This document shows positions 34,950-49,010 of a stretch of DNA of 64,000 bases, piece by piece; position 1 is the stretch's first letter, and each line of letters begins with the position of its first letter. Position numbers and translations under genes: made by a program. The DNA comes from Eledone cirrhosa (taxonomy: Eukaryota), in contig OZ024745.1 in the NCBI GenBank assembly GCA_964016885.1, forward strand, positions 47,988,001-48,052,000, given 5' to 3'. The notes beneath the pieces were generated by a model. It made no database searches. It was not told where the DNA came from and worked only from the letters and a program-made list of their open reading frames with translations.

Positions 34950-37948
34950 CAGTTTATAAGCTTTTCTAGGTGGGAAATGACAATGGGCTGGGTGGAGTAG
35001 GAATCATGCTAGCAGAAAAATGGGTAGATAAGATAATAGACGTAAATAGAGTGAACGACAGAATAATTAAAATAAGACTTGTCCTCAATAGAACTACTGT
35101 GACAATAATATCTGCGTATGCACCCCAACCCGGACTGCCTGGCATTATAAAAGACAGATTCTATGAGTCGTTAATGCTCATAACCTCCCAAATAACCGAC
35201 AGTGACTATATAATTATTGCTTCACTAAATCCCTGCCCCATGAAGAATGTACCTCCCAACATAGCCTCATAGTTAGCGACCTCATAGTCAGGATGAGACG
35301 TATTCGACAACAGAAGAGGACTATCTTTATGAGAAAAATATGGAAGTTAAAGGACCCCACAGCCAGTAATAAATTTACAAGCATATTACTTGATGCTTTT
35401 GACAGTAAGCAAGAGCAATTAGAGTTGTACAATATAGAGGAACAGTGGGAATTCCTGAAAGCTAACCTGCTGAAGGCAACAGATGAAATCTGTAGCTGGA
35501 GCAGACCTATAGGCAGGAGGAGAGTAACCTGGTGGTGGAACAGTAAGGTGGAGGAGTCAATCAAGGCCAAAAAGCAGGCTTGGAAAGTATGGTGGGATGG
35601 GGGAAGTAGAGAAGACTATCAAGTGGCCAGGAGGGAAGCTAGGAGACAAGTGTACTTCGCAAGAAGGGAAGCAGAGAAAAGAAAGTTCAAGCATGTTCTA
35701 CAATGCAAGGACCAAAAATGTGAGGTGTTCAGGATTGCTAGACAATCTGTCAAGGAGAACCGTGATATTGTCGGGGAGCAGTGTGTCCGTAATGATGATG
35801 GTGTACTTGCCATCACTGACGCTGATAAGAAGGTAGCTTGGAAGTATCACTACGAAAGGCTACTAAATGAGGAGAATGAATGGGAGAAAAACAGCCTCCC
35901 TCACATCGATCCAATAGAGGGACCAGCAGTGCAAGTTGAAGGTAGTATAATAAGTAAGGCAATCAAAGATATGAAGACGGGCAAGGCGGCTGGGCCTTCG
36001 GAAATATTTGCTGAAATGATGAAAGCATCTGGAACGGTGGGACACACTATGGTCACCCAGATAGTAAACCAAGTTATACAGAATGGGTCGTACCAAAGGA
36101 CTGGCGTAGTAGCATCATCATTAACTGTTACAAGGGTAAAGGAGACACCCTAGATAGGGGAAACTATAGAGGCATTAAATTAATTGACCAGGTCATGAAG
36201 GTCACAGAAAAAGTAATAGCGCAACTAATCAGAGAGCGAATTGATCTAGATGAAATGCAGTTCGGGTTTGTGTCAGGTAAAAGTACCACAGACGCTCTTT
36301 TCATTGTACAACTACAGGAGAAGTACCTAGCTAAAAGTAAACCCCTCTACTTAGCGTTTGTAGACCTGGAGAAAGCCTTTGACAGAGTCCCCGCTCCATT
36401 ATCTGGTGGGCTCTGAGAAAACTAGGTGTAGAATGGCTTGTGAGAGCTATACAAGCCATGTATAAAGAAACAGTCAGCAAGGTTAGAATTAACGAATATA
36501 GTGAAGAGTTTAGCGTAAAAGTTGGTGTTCATCAGGGCTCCGTCCTTAGCCTCCTCCTATTTATTATCACCCTCCAAGCTATAACGGAGGAGTTCAAGAC
36601 CGGCTGCCCATGGGAACTTCTATACACAGATGATCTAACGCTCATAGCCGAATCAATGGCTGAACTAGAGAAGAAATTCCAAACATGGAAGCATGGCCTA
36701 GAATCAAAAGGCCTTAAAGTTAACTTGTCTAAGACTAAAGTCCTAATATGTAGGAAGGAGAATAGGGCACTGGTCCCATTTGGGAAATGGCCATGCTTAG
36801 TGTGTAGGAAAGGAGTAGGCAGAAACTCCATTTTATGTCCCAAATGCAAAGTATGGGTGCATAAAAGATGTAGTGGGATCACAGGTAAGCTAATTAAGAA
36901 TATAGATTTTATATGTGGCCGGTGCTCTGGTGCAATAAGTAGCAGCAAATGCCCACAGAATACTAGCTCATTCCATTGCCCAGATGGTTCTATAGAAATA
37001 GTGGACACCTTCCGTTACCTGGGTGATAAAATCAGCAGTGGTGGAGGGTGCTCTGAAAATACTGTAGCTAGAGTCCGAACGGGATGGAAAAAGTTCAGAG
37101 AGCTTATACCACTATTGGCCGCTCAAGGTTTCTCTCTAAAAATAAAAGGCAGGCTGTATGATGCCTGCATACGAACAGCGATGTTACATGGCAATGAGAC
37201 ATGGGCCTTGTGTGCAGAGGATCTACGCAGACTGGAGAGGAACGAAGCTTGCATGCTCCGTTGGATGTGCAATAGTAATATACGCGAACGGCAAAGCATA
37301 AATGAACTAAGTGAGAAATTAGGAATAAGAGGGATCAGATGCTGTTTACTCGAAAGACTACGTTGGTATGGTCACGTGATGCGCACGAAAGATGACAGCT
37401 GTATAAAAAAGTGCAGGGCGATAAATAGACGGTAGCTACGGAGTAGGCAGACCCAGAAAAACCTGGGACGACTTGATAATAAAATCCGACCTCACACACT
37501 CACACCTCTCCAAGACAATGTCACTGGACCGAGATCTTTGGCACTACATAGTAATACAGAAGACCCGCCTTGGCTAAGTACAAAGCGAAACCTCTCTTAA
37601 CTAAAATACACCCCCGTCCCACTAACCCTACCCACACCGCCATCTACACCACCCCTTTCGATGTAAAGCTATGTTGGTACCACAACATCCAGTCCTAAAT
37701 AAATGAGGTTGTGTAGGTGTCACAACAAAAAAACACACAGTCTACGATGTAATGTGGCCGTGTAGGTAACACGGTAAAAACATCCCAGTTCACACTGTAA
37801 ACGTGGTTGGTGTTAGGAAGGGCATCCAGCCGTAGAAAATCCACCAGACAGTCCTCAGCAAGACAACCAATCTTGCCTCAAGTGGGCCAATTCCCGTCCA
37901 GACCCATGCTAGCGTGGAAAATGGATGTTAAACGATGATGATGATGAC
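34950..37948 (+). mobile_element. RTE-BovB-clade LINE, 5'-truncated and frameshifted, antisense in an importin intron
   Basis: APE endonuclease (GVGIML, ISAYAPQ), TWWWN, FVDLEKAFDRVP, GVHQGSVLS, LLYTDDL, FRYLGD and LRWYGHV, then a 3' tail ending GGATGTTAAACGATGATGATGATG. Confidence 0.92.
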
Positions 37949-38203
37949 GTAGGATACAAACATGATGAGTTAAAAAAAAAAGGAGATAAATATCGCACAT
38001 GATATTTTTTACTTATGTTCACATTTTGTCTTGATATATAAAGCACATTATTACAAAATTTATTTTTTCTAAAATAACAATACACCTATATATATAATCT
38101 TTTTTTTTAGTCAAGAGAATGCTTGTGTAGCAAACATTACTATGTTTTTGGATACAATAAAAAAGTTTTGTATAAATTATTAAAACATGAGACAGTAAGT
38201 GAC

Positions 38204-38335
38204 CTGTTCCTGCACATCTTCTATTTCAGATTCCAAAAGTTTGATGAATATAGGAACTGCTCCAGCCTCAATAACTACTCTTGTTTGAATAGATGTACCA
38301 GAAGCAATATTAGTTAAAGCCCATGCAGCTTCAAA
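38204..38335 (-). CDS. KPNA6: Importin alpha coding exon 5
   Basis: [44 protein letters not shown]; long poly-T tract before the acceptor. Confidence 0.95.
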
Positions 38336-38338
38336 CTG

Positions 38339-38371
<33 letters not shown>

Positions 38372-38401
38372 TATTTCAACAAAATATTATTTACCTAAAT
38401 A

Positions 38402-39060
38402 TTAGGTTAGACAGAAATTCTCACTGTTTCTCAAATTTTTATTGAATTTGGTGTTTTTTAACATTAGGAAAATTCTATGACAAAATAAACGCCAAGTTTT
38501 GGTAGGAGCGGCACATAGTGGATGACACCTTTCCAGTCCCACCAGATGCTCAGTAGAGCCTTGCGAGGGTGGAGGCAAGCCTTGCGAGGGTGGAGGCAAG
38601 CCTTTGCTTCCCATTGTGGCACACACTATCAACCCATGATCGCTTGTGCTTGACATAAATGTAGAGACACTATTTTTCATTAACAGTGACAGCGGAATGT
38701 AACCAGCTGGTTGTGCGATGGTAGGAGAACAGAGAAGTCACAGCTGCTGTAGGCATTTACGATTATGGTCAGGTAGATTGTGAGGCACCCAATGGTCCAA
38801 CTTGGACACATTCCATATTGCATGAAGTGATTGAGCATTGAGCAGAGTTGTTTTTGATGCCCCAAGCACTTTGGAGAGTTGATGTGGTGTCTGCAATCAT
38901 CAGAATGGAAGCATCTGAACCAGTTTCTGGCACTGCATTCAGACATGGTGTTGTAACCCAAATGCATTGTTAATGTGACAACTCAATGCTGCTGCACTTA
39001 GGCTAGATTTGAAGTCAAAGTAAACAACCACGATTAAATGATTTGTTAAGTTACTCTCAT
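38402..39060 (-). mobile_element. Mariner (Tc1/mariner) transposon remnant
   Basis: HTH-like MSECSARNWFRCFHS and the WVPH linker motif (LDHWVPHNL); TA|TTAGGTT terminus near 38402. Confidence 0.65.
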
Positions 39061-39330
39061 GATTCTTAAATTAAATGAATTTGGAAGATTTTAATTTAAA
39101 TAAGAACCCTTTAAAATAGGTGGCTTTGTTTCATAGAACCAAAGCCAGTTTTGGGTTAATTCAGAAGGGTTAATTCAACAATTACTTTTGGGTTAAGCCA
39201 GAAGGGTTAATTCAACAATTACTTCAGAAAAACTAACTTAGGGTTCTATATGTGTATTTGGAATAATCTACCACACAATTTCTGTAGGAGTACAACCATA
39301 ATTACAATATATAAAGTAATAAAACCATAC

Positions 39331-39422
39331 CTGTAATGAACAGTTTCCATCTCGTTGAAGAAATTCAACAAATTTTGGAACAACTCCAGTTAAAATAACT
39401 TCATCAATTGGTGGATTAGGTT
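39331..39422 (-). CDS. KPNA6: Importin alpha coding exon 4
   Basis: [31 protein letters not shown]; tttag / gtatgg. Confidence 0.95.
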
Positions 39423-39735
39423 CTAAAATTGAATAAAATAAATGTCAAATAAATATATGTGCACATGCATATTTATATATAAGCAGATATGCTAAAATAT
39501 CTAAGTATCCACAAATTAGCAAACATAATATGACCTTCCCCCTTCCCACACTACTTGCAACCCCACCAGCCTAACCACTTTAACCATCTTGACAAAACGT
39601 TTTTTTTTTCCTTCAATCTTCTAATACCTTTCCTCTTTCATAATGAAAGATTGACATCCAATATATGGAGACATTCTTTTTCCATGAAAAAGGGGGTAAA
39701 GTTCCATACAAATTAAAGGTTATAGGTACTTTTTA

Positions 39736-39773
<38 letters not shown>

Positions 39774-41802
39774 CACTTCGTTTTTGCATTTGTTTTGCAA
39801 GATTTATCTAAAAATATGTGTTGAAACAGATATTGTTATACTTTTGGAGGGTCATGTTGCCAATAAAAATACACGCACCTGTTCGTTTTCACTTCAGTTT
39901 ATTACAAATTTCCAGGTTTAATAATTGGATGTTTGTTTATTTATTGTCGAAGCTCTTTTGTCACACATTCTGTGACCAATTTATTATTTTGTGTCTCTCC
40001 TTTGTTCTGTCCTACACCATCTTGTTTAGATGGTGTAGGACAGAACACACTGTCAAACCAGTATTTATCATAAATAAATCTTTTTAAAGACTCCAACTGC
40101 ATTTACAACTTTTTCCTATACACACACATATTTATATAGATACATATACATACACATTCTTACTCTAAGAATTTTTAGGGAATGTTTCAAAAGCTCTTCA
40201 TACTTCTGTTTATTTTATGTCCAGCATTTCAAGATCCAGATTAAGAGTAAAAGACATTGTATGATTTTGCTGTTGTTATTCACTGAAAAGGGCTGTTTAG
40301 CATACTCATACTCCAATTTTGATGAAATAGTGAAGATAAGATAGTAAATCTTTCTTGATTGTTTTGTTTTTAATTTTTACTTATTGGTTACAAAGTGGAG
40401 AAACCGTACTCAGTCTTTTAGGATATTCTGGACTGGCAGTTATGAACAGCCGAGTAGAATGCCTGTATTTGTTAGTTGAAACACAGAGGAATGAGTTCCA
40501 GAAATGTAAGTTTTGTTGCAAAGTAAACAAAATCAGCTTGATGGATTAACCCTAACCTACTCAAGCAAGGCTACAGTTAAACATTTAAGAATTCTGAATT
40601 CCGGATATAGTAAACTTCAATATGTTTGGGGACTACTCTGCACACTGTTATGGGGTTATGACTTGTGTAGTATAAAGTGTAAGCAGTAACATGCATGGAA
40701 GAGAAAAACAGCCCTAGCATAGCTGGGTCCTCTGAACATGATATACCAGCTTAAAAGGATGCCAGAACTCCACAAACCCTCCTATTATAACTAGACAGCT
40801 CTTTCCTTTGTGTATCGAGACTACAGCATATATTACTGAAATAACAGGGTTTTTTTATTTTATTTATTTATTTATTTTTTTTTTTTTTTTTTAATGGTGG
40901 GTAATTTTGGTAACAAACCATTTGTAATTCCAGTTATATGAATGTATCTGGAATGTTTTAGTGTCATATGATAATGCAATTTTTTTTCTTATCTTGCTAT
41001 ATAAAACTAACTCATCAAAAAACATTAACCCTTTAGTGACTATATTTCCAAATTAAATACACTACCTATGTGTCTAAAAACAGGTTTGTTTACAGTGTCT
41101 TTACTATTGGACAGATCATTGTAAACATTTGCAGTATTAGAGTAAAGATTTTAATTTTTTATATGTTTTGCTAATACAGTTTCATGCAATACAGGACATT
41201 AGGACTTAATTTTGTAAGTAAGAAGTTTCGATGAATTTAGTGATATAACAGTTTCAGTATTCATTATTGTGTTGGTGCTTGGAACATATATAACAAAACT
41301 TCTCACTTAAAATTATGATAGTTTTGTAACATAGAACTTGAGGCAAGTTTCAGGTAGGATGGTTTCAAAAAGGTTGAAAGGAAAATTTATTAACGATTTT
41401 GATTATAATTCCTAACAGCAAACATATAGACCAAGATATATTTAATTACTTTTGAATTGTTTCCACTATATATAGTGTTGAATAAAATTAAAATCCAACA
41501 GCAAATACTTGGAAAAACAAAATTAATTTAGTCAAATGAATCACTAGACAATATTGTGCAGCAGTATTCTTATTGTACAACCCCCACTTATATAGGTTTA
41601 GTTGGTCTTCTACGAGATTGTATTTCATAGGAGATTTCTCTGGTGTTTTGTTCATAGAAACCCCAGTCCTCAGGGTCATATGCCAGTCAGTTATAAAGGT
41701 TAATCCCTAGTTGCTGCTAATATCAATTTTTTCCCCAGCTGAGTGGATGGAAGCAATGTGAAATGAAGCATCTTACTCAAGTAGCAATAAAGTTGGAATC
41801 AC

Positions 41803-41899
41803 CTTTTGATAAGAGTTTTCGAAATTTTTGTGTTGCAGGTTCTTGTTCTTCTATATTGTCACTGTACAGAGCCTTTACCATTTCACTGGTAACACCACC
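41803..41899 (-). CDS. KPNA6: Importin alpha coding exon 3
   Basis: GGVTSEMVKALYSDNIEEQEPATQKFRKLLSK; atag / gtgatt. Confidence 0.92.
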
Positions 41900-42169
41900 C
41901 TATATTCAGCAGAGAGAAAGAAGGAAAATTAAACAGAATTAGAAAATGTATGAAGAGTCTATATATATACCTAATTAAATGATGAAACAAATTTGAACAA
42001 AGCAATATATTTTCTATATCTTAAAGTCACCCATTAATACTTTTAGTTTATGACTAATCAATCCTTTTGTTTCTTTATTTTTCTTTACCACAATCAAACT
42101 TTAACAACAGGTAGCTGTGTATATATCTTCTAGTACATAGTTTATATTTAAAACATCCCATACAAGATA

Positions 42170-42217
<48 letters not shown>

Positions 42218-43075
42218 ATTTCTTATTTATTTTAAGGAGGAAACTATTTAGTGTGGGTTTGAAACCGGTATATGCAATTCATCATCATCGCCATTTAATG
42301 TCTATTGTCCAAGCTTGCATAGATTAGATGGTTGTCATGTTATGAAGACAGACAGGTCACGATCAGGTGACCATGTATTACTCATATACTCTGTAGTCTT
42401 TTATGCAAATTAGTGAAAAATAGTTTCAATACACCTTTGAGATATTACAGTATATGACATGGCTATCAAATTAGCTTACCACAAACATTGATTTTACTTC
42501 CAATTTTACAGTACTCAGACAAAACCATCTTAATCTATGTTACAGGATGTATTACCGAAATTAGTGAAACAGAGCAGTCAAGTTAAGCCCATCCTGAGAG
42601 GAGCAACCCAGCAATAAGACAGTCAGAAGTCCTTTACTGTAGAAAAAAGCATAATATAAATCGGGTGGGCAGGGTGAGGTCGCAGTCATGTAACTGCGTG
42701 TTTTGTCAGACATGCAGGTGTTTTAAGGTGTCTAGGATGTTACATTATGTTGTGAAAATGGATGTGCGTGGGGGGGGGGGGGGGGGCAGTAGGGCACTAA
42801 TATGAGTAAGTGATAAATATGACAATTAAGCAATGTTTTGAATTAAGCTCATCACAATTATTCTCTCGTGATAATGCTTGTATTATTAACCAGATATGCA
42901 GTTTATTTGCCAAACATGAAGAAAATCAATACATCTCTTATTCTTAAACTATTTGTAAACAAAAAATTTGCTGGATTTAATACCACCACCTGGGCTTTGG
43001 GTGACTTTATCAGAGTCCAGTTGTAACCATTTTGGTCAAATTTCTGGTTTGAGCATACTACCTCCTTTTCACTTA

Positions 43076-43423
43076 CATGTTTCAGAGACCCTGAAAAGCA
43101 CCAGGGGCACTGCCTTTCTCTCCCTGACTATGCCCACATATTTCAGAGACCCTGAAAAGGACCAGGGGCACTGCCTTTCTCTCCCTGACTATGCCCACAT
43201 ATTTCAGAGACCCTGAAAAGGATCAGGAGCACTGCCAAACTATCCCCACATGTTTCAGACATCTTGTAAAAGATCATAGGCATTGTCTTTCTCTCCCAGA
43301 TATGGCCACATGTTTCAAAGACCTGAAAAGGACCAAGGGCACTGTCCTTTTCTCCCAGACTATGCCCACATGTTTCAGAGAACCTGAAAAGAATCAGGTG
43401 TTCTGCATTTTCCTCCCAGACTA
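43076..43423. repeat. Minisatellite, about 60-bp unit, about 6 copies
   Basis: The unit catgtttcagagaccctgaaaaggaccaggggcactgcctttctctccctgactatgccca repeats with increasing divergence. Confidence 0.9.
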
Positions 43424-43630
43424 AACATAGAAAAAACAAAAAAACTATTCATTGAATAAGTAGTAGAAAAAACAACTTAGTGCAGTAAAACATTTAAAAC
43501 AATGCAATAAAAAGTTCTAGTTATGTTTCTTAAAAATGGAAAAAATAAATAATTACAAAAATTTATAACAATTATAGCATTTTTAGAATAATTAATCATA
43601 ACAAGCCAAAAAATATCACATTGAACTTAC

Positions 43631-43717
43631 AGTGAAAGAAGATACGTATGGTTCTTGAATATCAGATATCACATCATCAGAGTCGTTTGGTAATGATACA
43701 TTCCTTCGTTTGAACAA
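43631..43717 (-). CDS. KPNA6: Importin alpha coding exon 2
   Basis: LFKRRNVSLPNDSDDVISDIQEPYVSSFT (autoinhibitory KRR); ttag / gtaagt. Confidence 0.92.
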
Positions 43718-45285
43718 CTAATGGAAGAAATAAGGTTTTCAGAAAAGATAATTCTTTCACAATTCATTAATAAGTCATGTACTTGTAAAAATACAAAGAT
43801 CATTATTCATTGATAATGCTCTTTTATTCTTCTACTGGTTTTAGTCATCTGACTATGGCCATGTCGGAGCAATCCATTAAGTTTCTATCTTAGGCACAAG
43901 ACCAGCAATAAGGGGAAACGTAAGTCGATTATTTTGACAGGGGGATCCACTCAACTTTTTTGGTATTATTTTTATGGCTGGAAGCCCTTCCTAACACCAA
44001 CCATTATACTGAGTATACTGGGTACAATTTTTTTGCGGTGCCAACCACATGAAGGTTGTCATTTATAGACTTGACTGAAGGGCTCTCTTTAACTTGGAGG
44101 GAGGGGCAACTTCCCATCATAATTTTAAGAACCTTTGTTAAGTTATGTTCCAAACACCAGATAGATAATGAAAAATTGAATTATATTACTAAAATCTCCC
44201 TAAATTCTTATTTTCAAAATGATTTGAAAATATATAGATGGTATATTTCATTAAAAATATTATAATGAAAGGGTCAACAAGCACACTTAACATCTGTTTA
44301 ACCTAAATTCCTATAACGCCAACAAAAAACCATTCCATAAGAAATAAATCCTTACTAATTGCTTTATGATGTCAATGTTACAGAACATATATATATATAA
44401 CAGCTGGTATATTGTAGAAAGGTAAACAGGTGCTCATAAAACAAACAAGCTAATGTAAAAAAACTTGAATTGCTTCTATTAGCAATTTCTGATACTAAAT
44501 AGCCTGAAGCCAGCCCTAGTTCTATGATGATACAAAGCTATGTGTTTATATTTATATAAACATTTTTCCATCATAATTCTATGTAAGAACCTTTGTTATG
44601 TTATGTTTTAAACAACTTAATAACAAGAAAGTTATCATTGTTGAACTGTTAAACTGCAGGTTAAAACCAAATGTCACCACTTCCCTAAATGGTGTCAAAT
44701 GTGAAAACACAAGCAGACACACCTAAACATATATGGGAGACCGCTGCACAGTTTCCACCTGCAAAATTCATTCACAAGGCATGAGTTAGCCCAAGGCTAT
44801 AGTAGAAGACTTAGCTACAAAGCAAACATTCTAACCACATGCCCATGCCTGTGCCTACATTGGCTTCTATAGTATTATAAGAAACTGCTCATATAATTGT
44901 TTTTACTTTTGGCACAAGGCCAGCAATTACCCAGTACATTACTGGTACTTTATTTTATCGACCCCGTAAGGATGAAAGGTAAAGTTAACCTCGGCAGGAT
45001 TTGAACTCACATCGTAAAGGGACGTAACTACGCTGGGAAGCATGTCTGACTCTCTACCAATACTGCCAATTCACCGCAATGAAATGTTATGTAGACTTTG
45101 TAACAGCAATAAAAAAAAAATTGACTAAAGAGTAATAGGCCACAAGCTACACAATATCTTTATTGTTAGAAAATTGGAACTTTTTGTATGACATTTTAAA
45201 CCAGCTGCAATATTTGTAAAAATGTCAACAATCCAAGTTCAAGTAATTCAAAGAATTGTACTAGGATCATTGTTATTTATAATGT

Positions 45286-46129
45286 ACTAGCAGTGGTACC
45301 CGGTGTTGCACAGGATAAGGTATTTTGGAATGCGGGCCGCCAACAGACCTAATCATGGAAAAACTGCATGCCTGGACAATATGTAAAGAAAATAAACCGA
45401 ATACTCTGATGGCTGGGTAATCTTTAAGATTTTCCTCGATGAAGCAGGAAAAATGCAGGTTTTTACCTAATGCAGGCCCTAGGGGGATCAAGAACATGAG
45501 TTTTTTTTATGTGCATAATATGCCTTGAAATTTCTGGAAAATCGGCTAGAACTAACGCCTCAAAAAAGCCCTACAAAGCTGAAAAAAATGAAGTTTTTCA
45601 CCTAATGAAAAAAAAGTTGGATTTTCTTTGCTCACAGTATGAAGAAGAGACTGACTAATACATAGTTACAATCTCAAGGAAATCGGTCTGACGTAACGCC
45701 TCAAAAACCCCTAAAAACCTGAAAAAAAATGCAGTTTTTCACCTAATGCGGGCCCTAGGGGATCAAAAAGTGTAAGTAATACACATGTAAAGTTTGAAAA
45801 AAGTCGGTTGAGTACTTCTCCAGTTTTAGGGATTCAAACTCAGACACACACAGAGACATCCTCAGGGAAGTGACGTAATGCAGACAGCCAGAAATACAGA
45901 CAGATATTATAAGGGCGCGACATTATATGTATGTATCTATCTAAAAAGAGAAAGATCGCTAAATTGTCTAATGTGGTCCCTAGGGCATTGAAAATTTGAA
46001 TTTTTTTTTGCTCAGAACACTCCCTGAAACATAAGTATATGTGTAAAGTTTGAAAACAGTCGGTTGGGTGCTTCTTGAGTTTTAGAGATTCAGACACACA
46101 CACAGACATCCTCAGTTTTAGATATATAG
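45286..46129 (+). mobile_element. Helentron/DINE-1-like non-autonomous element
   Basis: 5' end ACTAGCAGTGGTACCCGG; duplicated subterminal block GTAAAGTTTGAAAA..GTCGGTTG..(CA)n AGACATCCTCAG; 3' end TTTTAGATATATAG. Confidence 0.6.
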
Positions 46130-47347
46130 CTAATAAAACCCACAGTAATACATTTCTTTTAACTAACCTAACTGAGGCAACTAAGTCTCCTTAATACATT
46201 AATAGTGCTGTGGAGAAGTGAGTCAATGTAAACAACATGCAATTTAACCGCTTTGTTACCATATTTCTACTAAAAATAGTGTCCACAATTTTCAAATAAT
46301 TTATAAAATGATAAAAAAAAAATTGGAGGGATTTAGTAACACAACTTTCTTATTTATTAAGTTGGTATTTTGTAACAACTTAAAGGTCTTTACATAAAAT
46401 TATGAAGGAAGGTTTTAAGATAAATATATAACCAATTTGTCTCAGACTGACAACCCATCCAACTCATGCAAGTGTGGAAAGTGGACATAAAATAATGATA
46501 ATGAGACATTTTAAAACAAACAGTTTTGTATCACAGAACCAAGAATGGATTGGTATCAAAAGAGTTAACAGTGTTATATTTTAAGTCCTGTGCTACCAGT
46601 ACTGAAAAATACAGCAACTGGACAAATTGACTCCAGATAGAAGATAACTCGATATCTTGATGTAGATTTTCTTATTGGCACCTTTGTTACATAGTGCCAC
46701 TGTTTATTAAAATGTATAGTTGGGTAACATATCTGGAAGATACATTTCTAGCCGAGATGTGCTTCTCTTTTTCTCCACGAGTCTTGGAGGGCAGGCAAAA
46801 ATCATGGATATTGCCTTTCCTTCTTTGATTAAAAACACCAACATCCATACACGTAAACACGTAAAAATTTAAATAATCCGAATGCACGTAAAAAAAACTA
46901 CAGCTGTCACTTGCAGAAGAGTATGAATTATTTACTATGCTTTCATTAAAGGGTTTTAGGTGCCCATATAGTCATTAACCAAATAAAAAAACTATCTTGA
47001 CTATCCCTTCTTTTACCCAGCGGAAGATCCAGGATGTAACATCTGGAAATAGAGAGGGCTGCACTCGCATTAGGCTGATACTTTGACTCGGGAAGGATGA
47101 ACAACAAAGTGGACCTTGGCAGGATTTCAATAAAGAACACTGAACTAAGAAATAATTCATCCAATGCTCTGCCAAATCAACTGCCTTAACAATGCATGTA
47201 AAGTCTAAGAATTATAACCAAGGACATTTGCAACAAAAGTACAAAAAAATATACTGTCTTAGTAAAAGAGGGACACTTTTCTGTCATGATTTTCTAATGT
47301 CAAGCTCACTATCATATTAAAAAAAGTTATATCTTTCTTGAGTATAC

Positions 47348-47479
47348 CTGCTCATCTCGCTTCTGTTTTCTGATTTGAATACCTTCTTCTTCACGACGTC
47401 TGCGTAGTTCTTGAGAATCCAAAGCTTTATTCTTGTATGACTTTATGCGATTACTGGCAGGACTAGAAGTATCAGCCAT
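47348..47479 (-). CDS. KPNA6: Importin alpha coding exon 1 (IBB)
   Basis: cag|ATG; [44 protein letters not shown]|gtatac. Confidence 0.95.
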
Positions 47480-47579
47480 CTGTAAAATAGAATTACAAGT
47501 TATCTAATTTACAAATGTATACTAGTTTGTAAAAACTTATTTGTAAACATCATTATTTCAACTAGCAGAAAAACCACCC

Positions 47580-48020
47580 TACGGATATATATTGATATTA
47601 TACATAAATATATATGCATGTAGATATGATGCATCAAATAAAATCGTAATTGAAAATATACACAGAAATTGAATGAAGTCTATGTTACACTGTCTTCTGT
47701 AATCAGTAACGTAATCCATGATACATTTAAAAAAAGACGATATTATATATAAACTGCAATAGGAGAAAATTAGCGACGGAAATATATGCGATATTTTTAT
47801 AAGTGTTATAATATAACGGCCGCTAACCGGAAGTGTTGACATTTGAAAATTTTAAAGAAGTGAATTTTAAAGATCATTAAATAAGCTATAAAATATATTT
47901 AATCAACAGCCATGAAATATAGCACATAAGTTATGTAATATTCATTCATTATTTATTCAAAGTAATCCAACTTATTTTACAAACGGGGTAAAAAAAATAT
48001 TCTGGACGCAATCCCGCACT
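47580..48020 (-). promoter_or_regulatory. Candidate importin-alpha promoter (local CpG retention, ETS-type motif)
   Basis: A CpG-containing patch between CpG-poor flanks, with ACCGGAAGTG at 47826-47835, about 350 bp upstream of the ATG exon. Confidence 0.5.
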
Positions 48021-48689
48021 CCTTTCTTTATTATAGTTAAGATTAAATTATACATCTAACTGGCCAAGTTTGAACATCTCCAGTTGATATATCATATGTT
48101 AAATTTCATATAAGTTTTAGCTTTATAGAAAAACAATGCATATTAAATTGTGCACTAAGCAGGTGAAGTATGCCTTAAATTCATATCTGTATACAAACAG
48201 TACAGGTTTTAACCAAAGCTACGAGAAATGTGTATATAAACACATACACATATACATATTTATTTAGACTTATAAACATGTAGTAATTTAATATATGATT
48301 GAATTAACTATCACTATAAACACAAAAATTATGCAAATTGACAGGTCCAGTTTTGTTTATGTCATCTAATGGGTATATAAATCCTTTAGATGCATATTTC
48401 TCCATGGATTGTGAAGGATGTTGATAGTTTTTGATGATGATCTCAACAAAGATGGAAACCCAGGTCAAACTATTCATCTTTTTCAATCTATGGAGAGATA
48501 TGTAATTAAGACATGTTTACATATTTAAATAATACAATCTAGTCTTTAGGGTGAATAACTCCAAAGGGAACTTTTTTGCTTTTTGAAATTGTTTTTCTTC
48601 TAAAATTAACTATAAGATTTAGTTTGGCTCCAATAGTCAAGACTTTTTTTCCATATCCTGTTGCTCTAACATAGCTTTACTTATTTTAT

Positions 48690-49010
48690 CCAGTGTACTG
48701 TTTCCTGACGTGTAAAAAAAAAACATGGGTGTCTCAGCCATGTTTTAAATTTGACCCAGTTTAAAGTCATGCTGCTGTTTAGTTTTATAATAAAGTCATA
48801 AAAGAGCCTAATCTTACACAAATCAGAGGGGAGTTTTCATGAAATTGTTTTTTTGGCATAGAGCAAAAAAAAATGTTTTCTGAAGAATCTCTGGCACCAC
48901 CCATTTGAACAATTCAAAAATAGACAAACTCCACATTTCTCCTATTTTGATATTTTCTTTGCTTGTAACTTTGCAACCAGTGTTGTAGCAATATATCCAA
49001 TTTACTAAAA
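48690..49010 (-). mobile_element. pogo/Tigger transposase remnant
   Basis: LQAKKISK..CSNGWCQRFFRKH..KKTIS*KLPSDL (CENP-B-type HTH) and GQI*NMAETPMFF (decayed NMDETP). Confidence 0.65.

Larger units (their letters stand above)
23124..47479 (-). other. KPNA6: Importin subunit alpha gene, alpha1 clade (KPNA1/5/6-like), 13 coding exons, 1593 nt, 530 aa
   Basis: All 13 exons were joined by hand with GT-AG introns and consistent phases. The product has an IBB domain, ARM repeats with WxxxN motifs and a C-terminal FQF. Confidence 0.95.

Noticed and set aside
7918-42786. Long G/C homopolymers (about 7918, 8741, 13318, 16779, 42770) as G-quadruplex elements
   Set aside because: They are simple slippage expansions, one inside the SINE GGGG motif, and their lengths may be sequencing artefacts.
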